A stretch of 63,781 nucleotides of DNA, filler included, from Octopus bimaculoides (taxonomy: Eukaryota), in the NCBI RefSeq assembly GCF_001194135.2. It is 8 parts of 8 records of this genome, joined end to end, with 100 filler letters (N's around TTAATTAATTAA, not from the genome) between each part and the next. Parts side by side here need not be neighbours in the genome. Positions count along the whole stretch, not along the records: positions 20,268 to 40,094 come from NC_068987.1; 7 more parts are not named here. One strand, written 5' to 3'. The notes under the pieces were generated by a model that was not told the DNA's origin, did no database searches, and was given only the letters and a program-made list of their open reading frames with translations. Numbering within the stretch: the stretch's first letter is position 1; every line of letters begins with the position of its first letter. Both the position numbers and the translations under genes were made by a program. Shown piece by piece: positions 21,827 to 35,639 of this stretch.

Positions 21827-22529
21827 TACATACACTATATATATATAGTGTTTTATGCTTTATAAAATATAAGCGCATTTCGGAACATCCCTGTCAGGGT
21901 TACTTCATAGTTTATTGAAACATTATATAATTTTGTTAAACCACCTCTTCAAAGTTTAGTATAAAATATATAGGTATGTATGACGCACTGTGTTGAACTA
22001 CCGAGGTATAAGTACTAAATACATGTTGTATAGTTATTCAAGTTATTTTTTTTTATCTAGCACCTTGAGTTTCAGGTCACTACGATCTTTAGGCGGGAAC
22101 AGTTGCTACTCGATTAGGGTGAAATGTGTGTGTGAGTGTATGTGTGCGTGAAAAAGCCCATACTGAGCATATTTTCGTTCAAGCAAATTCAATTATTTCA
22201 AACTAAAAATTTCTGGTTGATTTTACAGTGAAACTTCTGTTAAAGTTAGTGAAGTATAACTGCCCAGTGCTAGATGAAATAGGTAGCCATTGAGTCTAAA
22301 ATACAATGGATTGCAGAAAACAGACTAAAGACAAAAGCAACTCAAGTATTTTCTTAGTATCTAATCGATTCGACCATTTTGTAAGCAAACACAGACGTCA
22401 TGCAGGATACCTTGTTATCTATCTATCTATCTATCTATCTGTCTATCTATCTATCTATTTATCTGTCTGTCTGTCTGCCTGACTGTCTGCCTGCCTGTCT
22501 GCCTGTCTCTCTGTCTGTCGGTCTGTCCA

Positions 22530-22572
<43 letters not shown>

Positions 22573-22639
22573 GTGAATACACATACACACACATCTAAAT
22601 TAATTGCAACGATGATAAATGAAGCATACAGTATATTTA

Positions 22640-23265
22640 ATTATTTGCTACGTTACCAATCGGTTCGACCTTTCTCTATGCAAGAAAGAATGCTCCTGTC
22701 TGCCATAGTTGCTGCTTCTGCAATTGTTGTTTTTATTATTCAACCGCTGTTCTTCTTTAATCAAGCTAAGATACTACCCAATACATTCAAATACTATCCG
22801 CCTATATCAGAAGTATATGGGTCTGTATTATCAATTTTGTCCAGTTATTATTCAAAACAGATGAGTGCTAGTAGAAAGGCATTTTTGCGCTATATATTTG
22901 GCCTTTCGACCCACCATGTGTAGCTATTGATTAAACTATTTTAGCAATAAACTCAGCTGTCAGAGAAATATTTTTATATCTGTTCCGTTCCCGGATTAAA
23001 CTGCCTCGTTTAAAGAATCCGAATAATAGATCTGCTATAATGATACCATATTCGAAGATATGCTTCCGTTGCACAGGCTTAAGTATTTATAACATGATAC
23101 AAATGATTCGATTCAGATAATACAAGGATATGGTATTGAAATAAAGATTCAGTTCTATTCAGTACTGAATTAATTGCCCACATATAATTGTTTTTATTTA
23201 GCTTTCTACTACACCGCTTGCGAATTGTCGAGGTCGTGACTTGGCGTCTCAAGCAAACCTCAGTT
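22640..23265 (-). mobile_element. Highly decayed R4-like LINE fragment
   Basis: [14 protein letters not shown] resembles the R4 post-RT motif KLNxxNxxxAINT; the rest is degenerate. Confidence 0.4.
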
Positions 23266-23399
23266 GATGCCAGGTCTACATCCTGTATAATTGTGCATAA
23301 TTGTAAATACACATGCACATACGTGCACTATATATATATATATATATACATGCAACCATACATACATATACCATATACACGCGTACATGTCATGCACAT

Positions 23400-23487
<88 letters not shown>

Positions 23488-24903
23488 GATATATACATAT
23501 AGATATATACATATATATATACATATATATATATACATATATAATATACAATATATACATGTATATATACACATTAATACATACTTACATATATAGATAA
23601 AAACAAGCTTACATGTAGGTGTTTGTGCGTATGTGTGTGTGTGTGTGTTTGTGTGTGTATGTGTGTGTGTGCACGCGTGTATAATATAGAAAAGCACGAA
23701 AAGGATAATCGGAAATTTTTGTTTCGTTCTCAGCTGACATGTGTTTGATTGTCGAGTTCTATTTACTTTCATTTTTTTTTCTCTTTTACTGTATACATCT
23801 TATTTCTTTACATGTTCTATTGCATCGTTCACTCAGTGAGAATTTTATTGTTCTGTGTATTGGAGTTTTACTAGAATGAATGACAACGACTAAGGAATTT
23901 CTGTAACATGAGGATAAGAAAAAAAATACACATATATACACTGCTGTATATGTAATACAGATATGCTGTGAACATTTTAGTATTCTAAATTTTCAATCAG
24001 TGACTTTATGCTTCCTCGCTCTCAGAACAGAATTCGATGTGAGCTATCGTTTTACAATTCAACAGTAGTGAAAGATGAAGATGCAGGAAGCTGGAGAGAA
24101 AGAAGTTATTAGGAGGGGAAAAAAAACGTACAGAGGAGGAATGGTATAAAAGGAAGTTCAGGAGGATATTTAATGTTGCAAACAATGAATCGATTTAGTT
24201 ATGAAAGAATTTCCATGTGGGGTACAAAATCTGAATTATTCTGACAAGAAAGCTTTTACGCAAAAGCAATACCTGGTAAGATATANNNNNNNNNNNNNNN
24301 NNNNNNNNNNNNNNNNNNNNNNNNNNNNNNNNNNNNNNNNNNNNNNNNNNNNNNNNNNNNNNNNNNNNNNNNNNNNNNNNNNNNNNNNNNNNNNNNNNNN
24401 NNNNNNNNNNNNNNNNNNNNNNNNNNNNNNNNNNNNNNNNNNNNNNNNNNNNNNNNNNNNNNNNNNNNNNNNNNNNNNNNNNNNNNNNNNNNNNNNNNNN
24501 NNNNNNNNNNNNNNNNNNNNNNNNNNNNNNNNNNNNNNNNNNNNNNNNNNNNNNNNNNNNNNNNNNNNNNNNNNNNNNNNNNNNNNNNNNNNNNNNNNNN
24601 NNNNNNNNNNNNNNNNNNNNNNNNNNNNNNNNNNNNNNNNNNNNNNNNNNNNNNNNNNNNNNNNNNNNNNNNNNNNNNNNNNNNNNNNNNNNNNNNNNNN
24701 NNNNNNNNNNNNNNNNNNNNNNNNNNNNNNNNNNNNNNNNNNNNNNNNNNNNNNNNNNNNNNNNNNNNNNNNNNNNNNNNNNNNNNNNNNNNNNNNNNNN
24801 NNNNNNNNNNNNNNNNNNNNNNNNNNNNNNNNNNNNNNNNNNNNNNNNNNNNNNNNNNNNNNNNNNNNNNNNNNNNNNNNNNNNNNNNNNNNNNNNNNNN
24901 NNN

Positions 24904-25139
24904 TATATATATATATATATATATGTATGTGTTTCTGTGTTTGTCCCAGCACCATCGCTTGACAACCGATGCTGGTGTGGTTACGTCCCCGAAAACACAC
25001 CAGCGGTTCGGCAAAAAGTGACCGATAGAATAAGTACTAGGCTTACAAAGAATCAGTTCCGGGGTCGATTTCTTCTAGTAAAAGGTGGTGGTCTAGCACG
25101 GCCACAGTCAAAAAGACTGAAACAAGTAAAAGAATAAAG
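24904..25139 (+). mobile_element. S1 SINE 3' half; 5' half in the gap
   Basis: Microsatellite, body and GTAAAAGAATAAAGA tail. Confidence 0.85.
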
Positions 25140-25145
25140 AAAAAA

Positions 25146-25325
25146 CACGAAAAACAACAGCGCGAGGACGTGGAATGAGTACTGTGTTATTGGACGCTCA
25201 GGAAACGAAAGAAAAGAAAGAGGATTTCACGTTTCGAGCGGAGCTCTTCATCAGAAATATAGAAAAAGTCCAAACAAGGGAAGACGGAGAAAGAAAATCG
25301 CCAACGATATACATGCGATCACAAG
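25146..25325 (-). mobile_element. Second copy of the Penelope-like fragment, hammerhead at 25224-25258
   Basis: ATTT-CTGATGA-A-GAGC tcc GCTC-GAAA-CG-TG-AAAT: intact core and stems, but the triplet is GUG. Confidence 0.65.
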
Positions 25326-25464
25326 TGTGTGTGTATGTGTGTGTGTAGAAGGTTGAAAAGGAACACACGAGTTGATGTATATGTATGGAAAAAAAGTCAA
25401 GGTAGAAGATGCTAAAATAATTTGATAAAAAACAATTCAGTGCCGCTTTCAGTCATTGAAACTT

Positions 25465-25494
25465 CTTCAACTGTAAGCATGCTTACAGTTGAAG
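25465..25494. repeat. Perfect 30-bp palindrome
   Basis: CTTCAACTGTAAGCA|TGCTTACAGTTGAAG. Confidence 0.95.
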
Positions 25495-27077
25495 CATTTT
25501 AGCATTTTCTACNNNNNNNNNNNNNNNNNNNNNNNNNNNNNNNNNNNNNNNNNNNNNNNNNNNNNNNNNNNNNNNNNNNNNNNNNNNNNNNNNNNNNNNN
25601 NNNNNNNNNNNNNNNNNNNNNNNNNNNNNNNNNNNNNNNNNNNNNNNNNNNNNNNNNNNNNNNNNNNNNNNNNNNNNNNNNNNNNNNNNNNNNNNNNNNN
25701 NNNNNNNNNNNNNNNNNNNNNNNNNNNNNNNNNNNNNNNNNNNNNNNNNNNNNNNNNNNNNNNNNNNNNNNNNNNNNNNNNNNNNNNNNNNNNNNNNNNN
25801 NNNNNNNNNNNNNNNNNNNNNNNNNNNNNNNNNNNNNNNNNNNNNNNNNNNNNNNNNNNNNNNNNNNNNNNNNNNNNNNNNNNNNNNNNNNNNNNNNNNN
25901 NNNNNNNNNNNNNNNNNNNNNNNNNNNNNNNNNNNNNNNNNNATATACATACATACATATATATATAAAGATAAAGTAGGGAAAGAATACTGCTCTAAAG
26001 AGTCAAGAATATTCCACTACCTTAAATAATTCAAATCTCCTACTTCAGAGATTCACTCATTTTATATCGATCCAAGTTTTTATGTAGAAAAAAATGGCAC
26101 TCTGATCTTTTTGAAATTTGAACTCGTATATTTACCTTCGTGAGAATGTCTGCAAGCGTTTGTGTGCAAGCGTTTCTGTAAGCGAACCCAAGTTAGCATG
26201 TGTGTGTATGCAACATCCCTATGTCTTTTGATAATAGTTTGGCTTGTTCCTCTTTTTTGTTTTGTTTTGTTTCTTAGATTTTCTTCTGCTGGAACTAAAG
26301 TCAGTCATGTTTCAATATCCCGGCCAGCATCCAAACATTTTCCCATTTCACAGACGCAAACATCGCCGCTTTCAATAGTTATTATAAAACAATACTGTAT
26401 TTGTGCACCTGCTCGTTGACAGCCGAAATGAATCTGTCAGTATCATTAAGACAGGTCGACTGCTTTAAATGGATGGCATCGTACGACGCTTCCTGTAGGT
26501 TGATAGAAAATCCTTATGGTGCTGTAAATATTTAATTCAGACTGGAAATGCCATGTCTGAGTCGTGTCAGAGCGACTTGCTAGCAGGACGGTCAGGGTGG
26601 CAGCAAAATTCTTCTCAACTCTCGTTCACATATGCAGTTCAGTCACAATCAGCAGCCGCATGCATGCGAAGGCTTGTGTCTGTTACAATCATGTTTTCGT
26701 TTAACTCAACCGGGCGTTGTCACGGAAAAAAAAAACAACAAAAAAACAAAAGAGTATTTGATTACACCTATTTCAGTATATTATATATTTCTAACGGTTT
26801 TGAAGGGGAAACAGACAGAAAACTTATTCGTTTATACTGGGGAGATTGAACTAGGGAATATGAAATTTAAGGATACATATTTTCAAGGCATTTAAACTGC
26901 TTCTCCTTTGCTGTGAATTTGAATAGGAAAAAAAAACATTCTTAAAGCAATGTTACTTATTCAATTTTTTTTTCTTGTATGTTATACCATCGATGCTTAT
27001 ACTATGGGTGACTGTATAATTCTGAAAGTGTCCGAACGGCAAAATTATCTTAATGTTCAGATATCTTATATATTTTA

Positions 27078-27301
27078 CCTCTTACTTGCTTTAGTTATTG
27101 GACTGCGTCCATGCTAGGGTTCCGCATTGAAAGACTTTATTCGTACAAATCAACCCGCTACTATTCTTAAGTCTAGCACATACTTTATCTGTTTCTTTTT
27201 GCCGAACCGCTAAGTTACAAGCACGCCATCGTTTGTTAAGCAGCGGTAGGGTCAAACACACAGCCCCAACACGCACGCGCGCGCACATATCTATCTATCT
27301 A

Positions 27302-27367
<66 letters not shown>

Positions 27368-27512
27368 ATGAGCTTCCTTCTGTCAAATTCATTCTCAAGG
27401 TGTTCTTTTACCTGGAACAAAATTAGAAGACACTTGCCCATGGTGCCGTACCATTGGACTGAACTCAAAAGCAAGTGGTTGCAAAAGCGATCTTCTTAAC
27501 TCCACAGCCATA
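27078..27512 (-). mobile_element. Diverged full-length S1 SINE with expanded (TA)n
   Basis: Colinear with other S1 copies; further S1 pieces at 27995-28150 and 29600-29808. Confidence 0.8.
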
Positions 27513-28175
27513 TCTCGGTCTACAGTTGATGAATTGTAAAATGTTCTTGAATATATTACACAATAAACTATAAGCAATATGAAATTTCCGTCATCCTCCG
27601 TGATAAGCATTCGATTACTTTACTCGTTGATTTATTATTCGTAAAATTAACAAATAGACGGTCGGATATTTTTGAGACGTGTGTATCTTTAACGTAATTC
27701 CCGAGCGAATCTGAGTAGCACAGAATACTAAGGCTGGACCTTTAAATTGAGGCAGAATACAGAGAGTGAGCGATAGAAAAGGAGAGAGAGTGCATGGTTT
27801 GACAGAGAGGGTAGTTGAGACTGGCAGAGAAAAGCAAGCGAGAGAGAGTGAGAGAGGCAGAGAGTGAGAGAGACAGAGAGAGAGAATGAGAGAGAAGAAT
27901 CGACTCTTGAGCTGAGCTGGTATTTGATCGACATCCAAAAGAGGAAAGGCAAAGTTGACCTTGGAGGCATGTGAAATCTGTCTCTCTCTCGCTCACACAC
28001 ACACACATATTCGATGGGCCTCTTTCAGTTTCTGACCACCAAATCTACCCTCAAAACTTTGATCGGCTCGAAGCTACAGTGGAAGATACTTGCCCAAGGT
28101 GCAACGTTGTGTGACTGAACCCGGAGCCATGTGGTTAGGAAGCAAGCGTCTTAGCACACAGCCCCGAACGTATGT

Positions 28176-28235
<60 letters not shown>

Positions 28236-29755
28236 TATTAATAACGAACAAATGTTGGAGAGTGGCTCAGGAACCGAGAGTTTCGCCCGTTGGCACTAAT
28301 ACCTGCCAGCATCACTGTAAAACTTCTGCCAGTTATTAATGATAAAAAAATTATATACTAATATTTTGGGTTACAAATTCTCTTAAATATTTTCACAGTA
28401 GATCACTTTTACAGAAGAAAATTGCTCTAATGTGAAATAAATAAATAAATAAATAAATAAATGAATAAATAAATCTTGAGAAATATTTAAGAAAGTGAAA
28501 CACATATATATATGTATGTATACACACTCATGGGAAAATAAAGTTGTGTATGTATGTATGTACGTACGTACGTATGTATGTATATATGTACGCATATATA
28601 TATGTTTGTGCGTTCTATGGACGTATGTATTATGTATGTATGTATGTAGGTATGTCCGTACGTACGTATGTATGTATGTACCTATGCATGTACGTATGTA
28701 CGTACGTAGTAACTATGTATGTATGTATGCATGCATGTATGTATGTATGTATGCATGTTTGTATGTATGTATATATGTATGTGAGGTGCGCGTGTACGTA
28801 TGTTTGTGTATAATAGTATATTGGTTCCAATAATTTTATCCTTGAGAAGATACATTAAACTTTGCTTCAAATACTAACGTATTTTAATATTCCAATATTT
28901 CTCTCTAAAAATACTTAACGTCCTTTAGTGGAAAATTGTTTCACGTTCTGTCTCTACAAGCAAGAAAGAATTTGTGAAAACTATTGCTTTCCTTGTATTT
29001 GTTTCTTATTTTCTCTGACTAACACTCCACTGGATTTAATACCACCAAACACCACCAGTAATTCTTTTGATAATTTTAGCAGGATTTACCCTTTAGTAAG
29101 AATTCCAAACAGACAATCGATTTTTTTCTATAACCACGTTTTTTGCTGCGGTCATTGATCTGCAAAATTTCAGACTGCCATGGGTCACGTTAATCTCACT
29201 AGTATCCGAGATCTGAAAGCGTTAAATTTATAGAGTCTTTAGAGAAATGGAGATAGTTCTTCGAGTTTATTTTGTTCTGAGGTGATCATTGACTTCCATC
29301 CTTTCGACGTTGATAAAATCTGAGAATTCAGAGCAGGACACTGCTTCGAGTGTTGGAAAAAATGCCCTGACATATTTGGTCGTTGGGCTTTGATAACAAC
29401 GCCTGGAATTCGACTGATGTTAACCTATATCAGCCGAAGTTGGGGACGCTACACTTTAGAAATATGTATGATGTGGAGTACAGGAGCACCTTCCACTCTT
29501 CACTTCTTACGTGGGCCTGCCTATACAAGTGAAGATACATTATCTGAGAAGATTTACAAATATTCTCTGGGCACTGCCCTTTTTTTCTGATTATTCTTTA
29601 TTCCTTTACTCGTTTCAGTCATTTGACTGAGGCCATGCTGGAGCACCGCCTTTAGTCGAGCAAATCGACCTCAGGACTTATTCTTTGTGAGCCTAGTACT
29701 TATTCTATCGGACCTTTTGCTGATGTTGGAGTGGGGGACAAACACAGACACACAA

Positions 29756-29808
<53 letters not shown>

Positions 29809-31920
29809 NNNNNNNNNNNNNNNNNNNNNNNNNNNNNNNNNNNNNNNNNNNNNNNNNNNNNNNNTGTACGTTAGCATATTGCATGTTCCAATGTATATCT
29901 CTGGCTGTCATGCTCGAATGAATTATGAGTGTGAACCTAAGTTCTTAACCACATGACCATGTATAGTTAGACATCTTGTAATCTTGTGCCATCGACTGAA
30001 AGAGATATGCATAAAGTTTCAAACAATCTCTATTATATATCAAAAAGTTCAGAATAGAAAATAAACTAACATAATTTTGTAAAACAGAAAGTCGTGCTTC
30101 GAATGAAATATATGTACTTGTATTGTGTTGGAGTGTATGTATGTATGAGTGTAAGTATGTGTGTATGTGTGTGTGAGAGAAAGAGTGAGAGAAAGGAGAT
30201 ACATTTGTAGCTTGTGTGGTGGTGAACGTACTTGTGTTTGTTAGTGTGTAGGATTGATCTAAAATATACATCGACATAGCAATATTTACAAAAGTATGTT
30301 TTTTATGTAATTATAATATACAAGGTGAGCATTTTTACATCTGCAATTATGTATGTGTTTCTAGTGTGCGCGTGTATATACGGTCGTGTATATGCGGTAC
30401 GCGTGTTTATGTTCGCGTGAAGTTGTACCCGATCTTAAGAATGTAGTTGTTAGATATTAAATATATAATTTGAAAACTTCATTTTTTTTTTTTTTTTTGT
30501 CAGAAAATTTCTGCCATGATATTATTGTCATGAAGCTAGTAAAATGCTAAAATGCTAAGATTTGGCTTCCAGTTAACATATAAATAAATAGTGCTTTCTT
30601 TTCTAATATTCAAAAGCGTAATGACAAATCTATTAAGATCCCTATTCCATCTTTACTGAAAATTATGTCTTAATGTCACGCACCAACATGTATGTTAGAT
30701 GCATAAAACATACTTGTTATGTGTTTGTCTTTTGCTTCATGATATTTTTTTGCTATTTTAAGGGATCCTTTTGCTCTGAGGGATTTTTGCACCTCTGTTT
30801 ATTTCATTTTATTTTATATATTTATTCTTGGAAAAAAAAAAGCATTCGGCTAGAAGGTTTTTTTTTTCATGGGGTAGGGGATATATGCCAAAGCGAAAAA
30901 AAAGTTTCGATGTTATTTTGGTCTCCTCAGCATATTTTCTAACAGCCTATTGTTCTTTATCTAAATATATCTGATATATTTGTGTGTGCGCGCGTGTATG
31001 TATGTGTGAGTGCATTTTACACACACACACACACGCACACACACACACAAGCACACACACACAAACAAGCACACAAGCACACATAATATATGTATATATA
31101 TATATATATATATACATGTATACGCATATCATGCAAACTTGAACTTATCTAAAATGAAATCAATTTATATNNNNNNNNNNNNNNNNNNNNNNNNNNNNNN
31201 NNNNNNNNNNNNNNNNNNNNNNNNNNNNNNNNNNNNNNNNNNNNNNNNNNNNNNNNNNNNNNNNNNNNNNNNNNNNNNNNNNNNNNNNNNNNNNNNNNNN
31301 NNNNNNNNNNNNNNNNNNNNNNNNNNNNNNNNNNNNNNNNNNNNNNNNNNNNNNNNNNNNNNNNNNNNNNNNNNNNNNNNNNNNNNNNNNNNNNNNNNNN
31401 NNNNNNNNNNNNNNNNNNNNNNNNNNNNNNNNNNNNNNNNNNNNNNNNNNNNNNNNNNNNNNNNNNNNNNNNNNNNNNNNNNNNNNNNNNNNNNNNNNNN
31501 NNNNNNNNNNNNNNNNNNNNNNNNNNNNNNNNNNNNNNNNNNNNNNNNNNNNNNNNNNNNNNNNNNNNNNNNNNNNNNNNNNNNNNNNNNNNNNNNNNNN
31601 NNNNNNNNNNNNNNNNNNNNNNNNNNNNNNNNNNNNNNNNNNNNNNNNNNNNNNNNNNNNNNNNNNNNNNNNNNNNNNNNNNNNNNNNNNNNNNNNNNNN
31701 NNNNNNNNNNNNNNNNNNNNNNNNNNNNNNNNNNNNNNNNNNNNNNNNNNNNNNNNNNNNNNNNNNNNNNNNNNNNNNNNNNNNNNNNNNNNNNNNNNNN
31801 NNNNNNNNNNNNNNNNNNNNNNNNNNNNNNNNNNNNNNNNNNNNNNNNNNNNNNNNNNNNNNNNNNNNNNNNNNNNNNNNNNNNNNNNNNNNNNNNNNNN
31901 NNNNNNNNNNNNNTCTCTCT

Positions 31921-31953
<33 letters not shown>

Positions 31954-32984
31954 CACAAACACTCTCTCTCTCTCTTTACCACTCTCTCTCTCTCTCCCCT
32001 CCTCCTCTTGTCTCTTTCATCAGTTTCTGAGGCACTATAAATTGTTATGGGCAATTGTACACACGCATATGTATGTATGTGTGTGTGTGTGAACAAGTTT
32101 ACTATATTTTGTTTAAAGCATGTCTGTGTTCAAATTTTGTGCAGTGTAGGGACCGACATGTCAAATAACAGACCCAACGTTTCCTCTGGATGTCGTAAAA
32201 AGTGACTAGAAGTGGTTAAGTTAGAATTTGCAGTCTGACATCGAAAAATTCTCTCCAGTAACGACTACCCAAATGAACCCATTGGTTACGGGGTTGTCCC
32301 CTGCATGATACAAAAGTGCCGTCCACCAGATGTAGGGAAATGGTAGATGCACTGACGCGCTGTTACAGCGCATGCCCCCATTGTACTTCCGCTATGTCCA
32401 ATTTACTAATTTGCTAATCATATATTTCATTTCAATGTTGTTTATACTTAATTCTTTAAAAATGTACTTAATTCTTTGGTTTTCCGTGATATGTACGCTT
32501 ACATCGTCTAAATGAATTTGTGATAATGGCACTCGCAATGGCACGCTTTCATAAACTTATCATCACCGTATTAATTATAGCTATAGTATTAAATTTTAGT
32601 TTGCTGTTTTCTTGCAAAAATAATCTATGTACATGTTGGTTTTAGTATGCATTATCCTATTAGAAAAGTTACTATAGATAATTTACTAGATTAGTTTTCG
32701 GAGAATTCCATATACGCTGGTTGCTTAATAAACTATTATTTTCTACCTGCTTTCGCTTTTGTGTTCTGCTACATATCTGCAGCAGTAGCACCTTGTGGTA
32801 GATGTATTGTCAATCACATTGTCTAAGTTTTGTACGTCTATCTTCGATGATACTGTTTCAGTCATACGATTTACAATAGTTATGTTTACAGTCAAACTAA
32901 TCTGAAATAAATTCGTGGTTTGCATCTTTGTGGTTTCTTGTCGGTGACAATGCTTTTAATACTGATGCTTTTAACGTTTTCCCT

Positions 32985-33330
32985 TTACGTTTATCAATCA
33001 TTAGACTGCGGCTATGCTGGGGCACTACTTGGAAAGATTTTTAGTGGAATGAATCGGCTATAGGACTTTAAAGCCTGGGACTTATTCCATCGGTCATTTT
33101 TTACACAAAATTGCGGGGACGTAAACACGCCAACACCATTGGTTAATAGGTGATGGGGTACAAATAGAGACACAGAGACACACGAACATCGATAAATATA
33201 CATACGGTGGGCTTCTTTCAGTTTCCGTCTACCAAATCCACTCACAAGGCCTTGGTCGGCCCGAGGCTATAGTAGAAGTCACTTGCTTAAGATGCCACCC
33301 ATTCACTGAACCCAAACCGTGTGGTTGAGA
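32985..33330 (-). mobile_element. Diverged S1 SINE
   Basis: GGGCTTCTTTCAGTTTCCGTCTACCAAATCCACTCACAAGGC core. Confidence 0.85.
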
Positions 33331-33519
33331 AACCAATTTATTTTCTAGCTGTATTTCATGGATAATGTGTTACATGATGGATTTTATGGCATTTTCATTC
33401 ATTCTACGTATAAAGTGCACTGAATTCATATAGTATACGTGCTGTGTGTTTTACTGTGGTGCAAATAGTTTTCTTTTTTTTTAATTCTTCTACAACATGA
33501 ATTCGCTGTATACATCACC

Positions 33520-33720
33520 AACTGAGTTGGCTCAGTGAAGTAGGTATGCCTGACCAGCGTATTTTTTGGAAGATCCTGTATGGGCAGCTACACCATAGTG
33601 AACACACAGCTAGAGATCTAGAGAAGTCTATCTAAAGTACAACCTAAAAGGGAATAATCACCCAAAACTTGGAAGCATCCCTTCTCTGAAACGCCCATCG
33701 TTCGGTGACGAATATTCAGT
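33520..33720 (+). mobile_element. RTE (BovB-like) LINE 3' fragment
   Basis: QLSWLSEVGMPDQRIFWKILYGQL resembles QLRWxGHVxRMxDxRxPKxLLYGEL. Confidence 0.6.
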
Positions 33721-35639
33721 TGTTAAATCAAGCAAATAATCTGCTAAAGCGAGGTATGTGTAGCAGAGCTTCCGGAAAAATTTACGTCTCCAGTCGATGC
33801 CTGAAAATGCTTATAAAGCGTCGCTAACAGCATTTATCAAGGGATCGACAAATGAAGTAGATGCTTATCATCGGGTTCCGTGAACAACCATAACCAAGCG
33901 AGTGTATACACACATGAAGAGATAGAAAAGAGAGAGAGAGAGAATGAGAATGAGAGGGGGAGAGAGAGAGAGAGTGACAAATAGAGCACTTGAAAATTAT
34001 GTTATAAATGGAGCAATGATAACTGAGGTATATTCAAATGTCGCGGGAAACCCAAACAACCATTATTCAGAAGTAAAAGTCGAAACCTTGAATGGTGTAA
34101 AAATACAATGAAATGGACTAATTGCATGGCGGTGGGTAATTTTGTAAGCAAAACGTACTAATTTTGATGAAAATATCCTCTTAAAAAAAAAAAAAAAAAA
34201 AACCCATCGACAATTGCTAGCGACTCTCGAAGAGGAGAGAGAACTTTCAGAAGTTAAGAAAGTCACTAAATGGCTTTCGATAATGTGGGCAGACTGGTGA
34301 TTTTCTGCTACCGGAATGTAGCTACTGGGTGAAGTGGTTTGATTTTGAAAGACCCAAAGTCCTCTGGGTTTCCAGAAGCATCGCTGATGATGTATCCCTG
34401 GGTATCCATGAGATGTACCTCGGAACAAATATAAATTTATCCAAATAGCCCATTTCAATTTATCCCGCATTTTATTTTATTTTATTTTATTTACTTATGC
34501 AAAAATATACTGACTACAAATTATTCGTATCTAATTTTTTTATGTAAAATTTTAAAGGATACCTAAAAGCCCGAAACGTGTTTTTTTAGTTAACCCTTAC
34601 CTACAAAGATCAGTCCTTCCTTCATTCCTTCTTCTGAGAAAGTCAAGTGAATATGAGATTAATTTTTAAATCTTTAATATTATCTCTCTTTTCTTCGAGA
34701 GCCAATAATTGCTTCAACTTTGTTGGTTTTGTTTCTCTAACAGGGAAGTTTCAATTAATACTTCTTAATTTTTTTTTTTTTTTTTTTTGCATGACCACTT
34801 TTTTACATTACCACTTAACTCATGCAAATTCATGCCATTGGCCCATTTGCATTACTTCCCTTGGCTCTTCACACACAGATATATATATATATATATATAT
34901 ATATAATGTATATATATATATATAATGTATATCCTTATTCATTAAGTTCATCATTGTGATTCATCATGCATTTGATAGAGAAAGTTTGGACTTAGAACGG
35001 TGAACGAAGTTTATAATCTGATTTGGGGGATCGTGACATTACTAAAAAAGATTCTTTCTGAGGAGATTTTGCATATCGCTTATGAAATAACGTGATCGCT
35101 TTGACTACTAATATATATTCTTAGGCTATTCCTGCTTTTCTATTTCAAAGTTGCATGAAGTAAATTTTTATTTATTCATTTATATGTTATATATATTTAT
35201 TTCCTCCACTTTTATCCTATCGATTGTTTATCTATTTTATCGTGTATTTCACCATATTTTACAACTGCATGTTTATTAATTCGTGTTACTAAGCCGAGTG
35301 ACATTTCCTAAAGACATTTTGTAATGAGTTCATTAATTTCACATACTCATTGCATTTTCATGCAAAATTCTGGTTCGATTCCGACGAAAATAATTTTTAA
35401 TGAACTTCTTCACGCTTAATGTTTTACAAATCAGTACTTTTCACATTCACTTGGAGGAATGCAAAGAGTAATGAGGAATTTAATTCTTATACACACTTCT
35501 GTGTAAAACCAAATAATATAAAATGATTGGAAAAATAAACAAATAAAACGAAACAATAATCAACTAATATACATTAAATAAATACGTGAATGCACGATTT
35601 TCATTTTATATTCATCCACAGCCTCACTCTCTCCTATCA

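Noticed and set aside
22229-22282. 54-nt phase-1 open segment VKLLLKLVKYNCPVLDEI between AG and GT
   Set aside because: Weak donor (GTAGCC), no homology recognised; expected by chance in 64 kb
24195-25968. Long X-containing ORFs (also 31010-32092, 39137-39834, 54180-54680, 57486-58362)
   Set aside because: Frames stay open only because of N gaps
32324-32337. CCACCAGATGTAGG as a CTCF site
   Set aside because: Loses the conserved GGC of the 3' half
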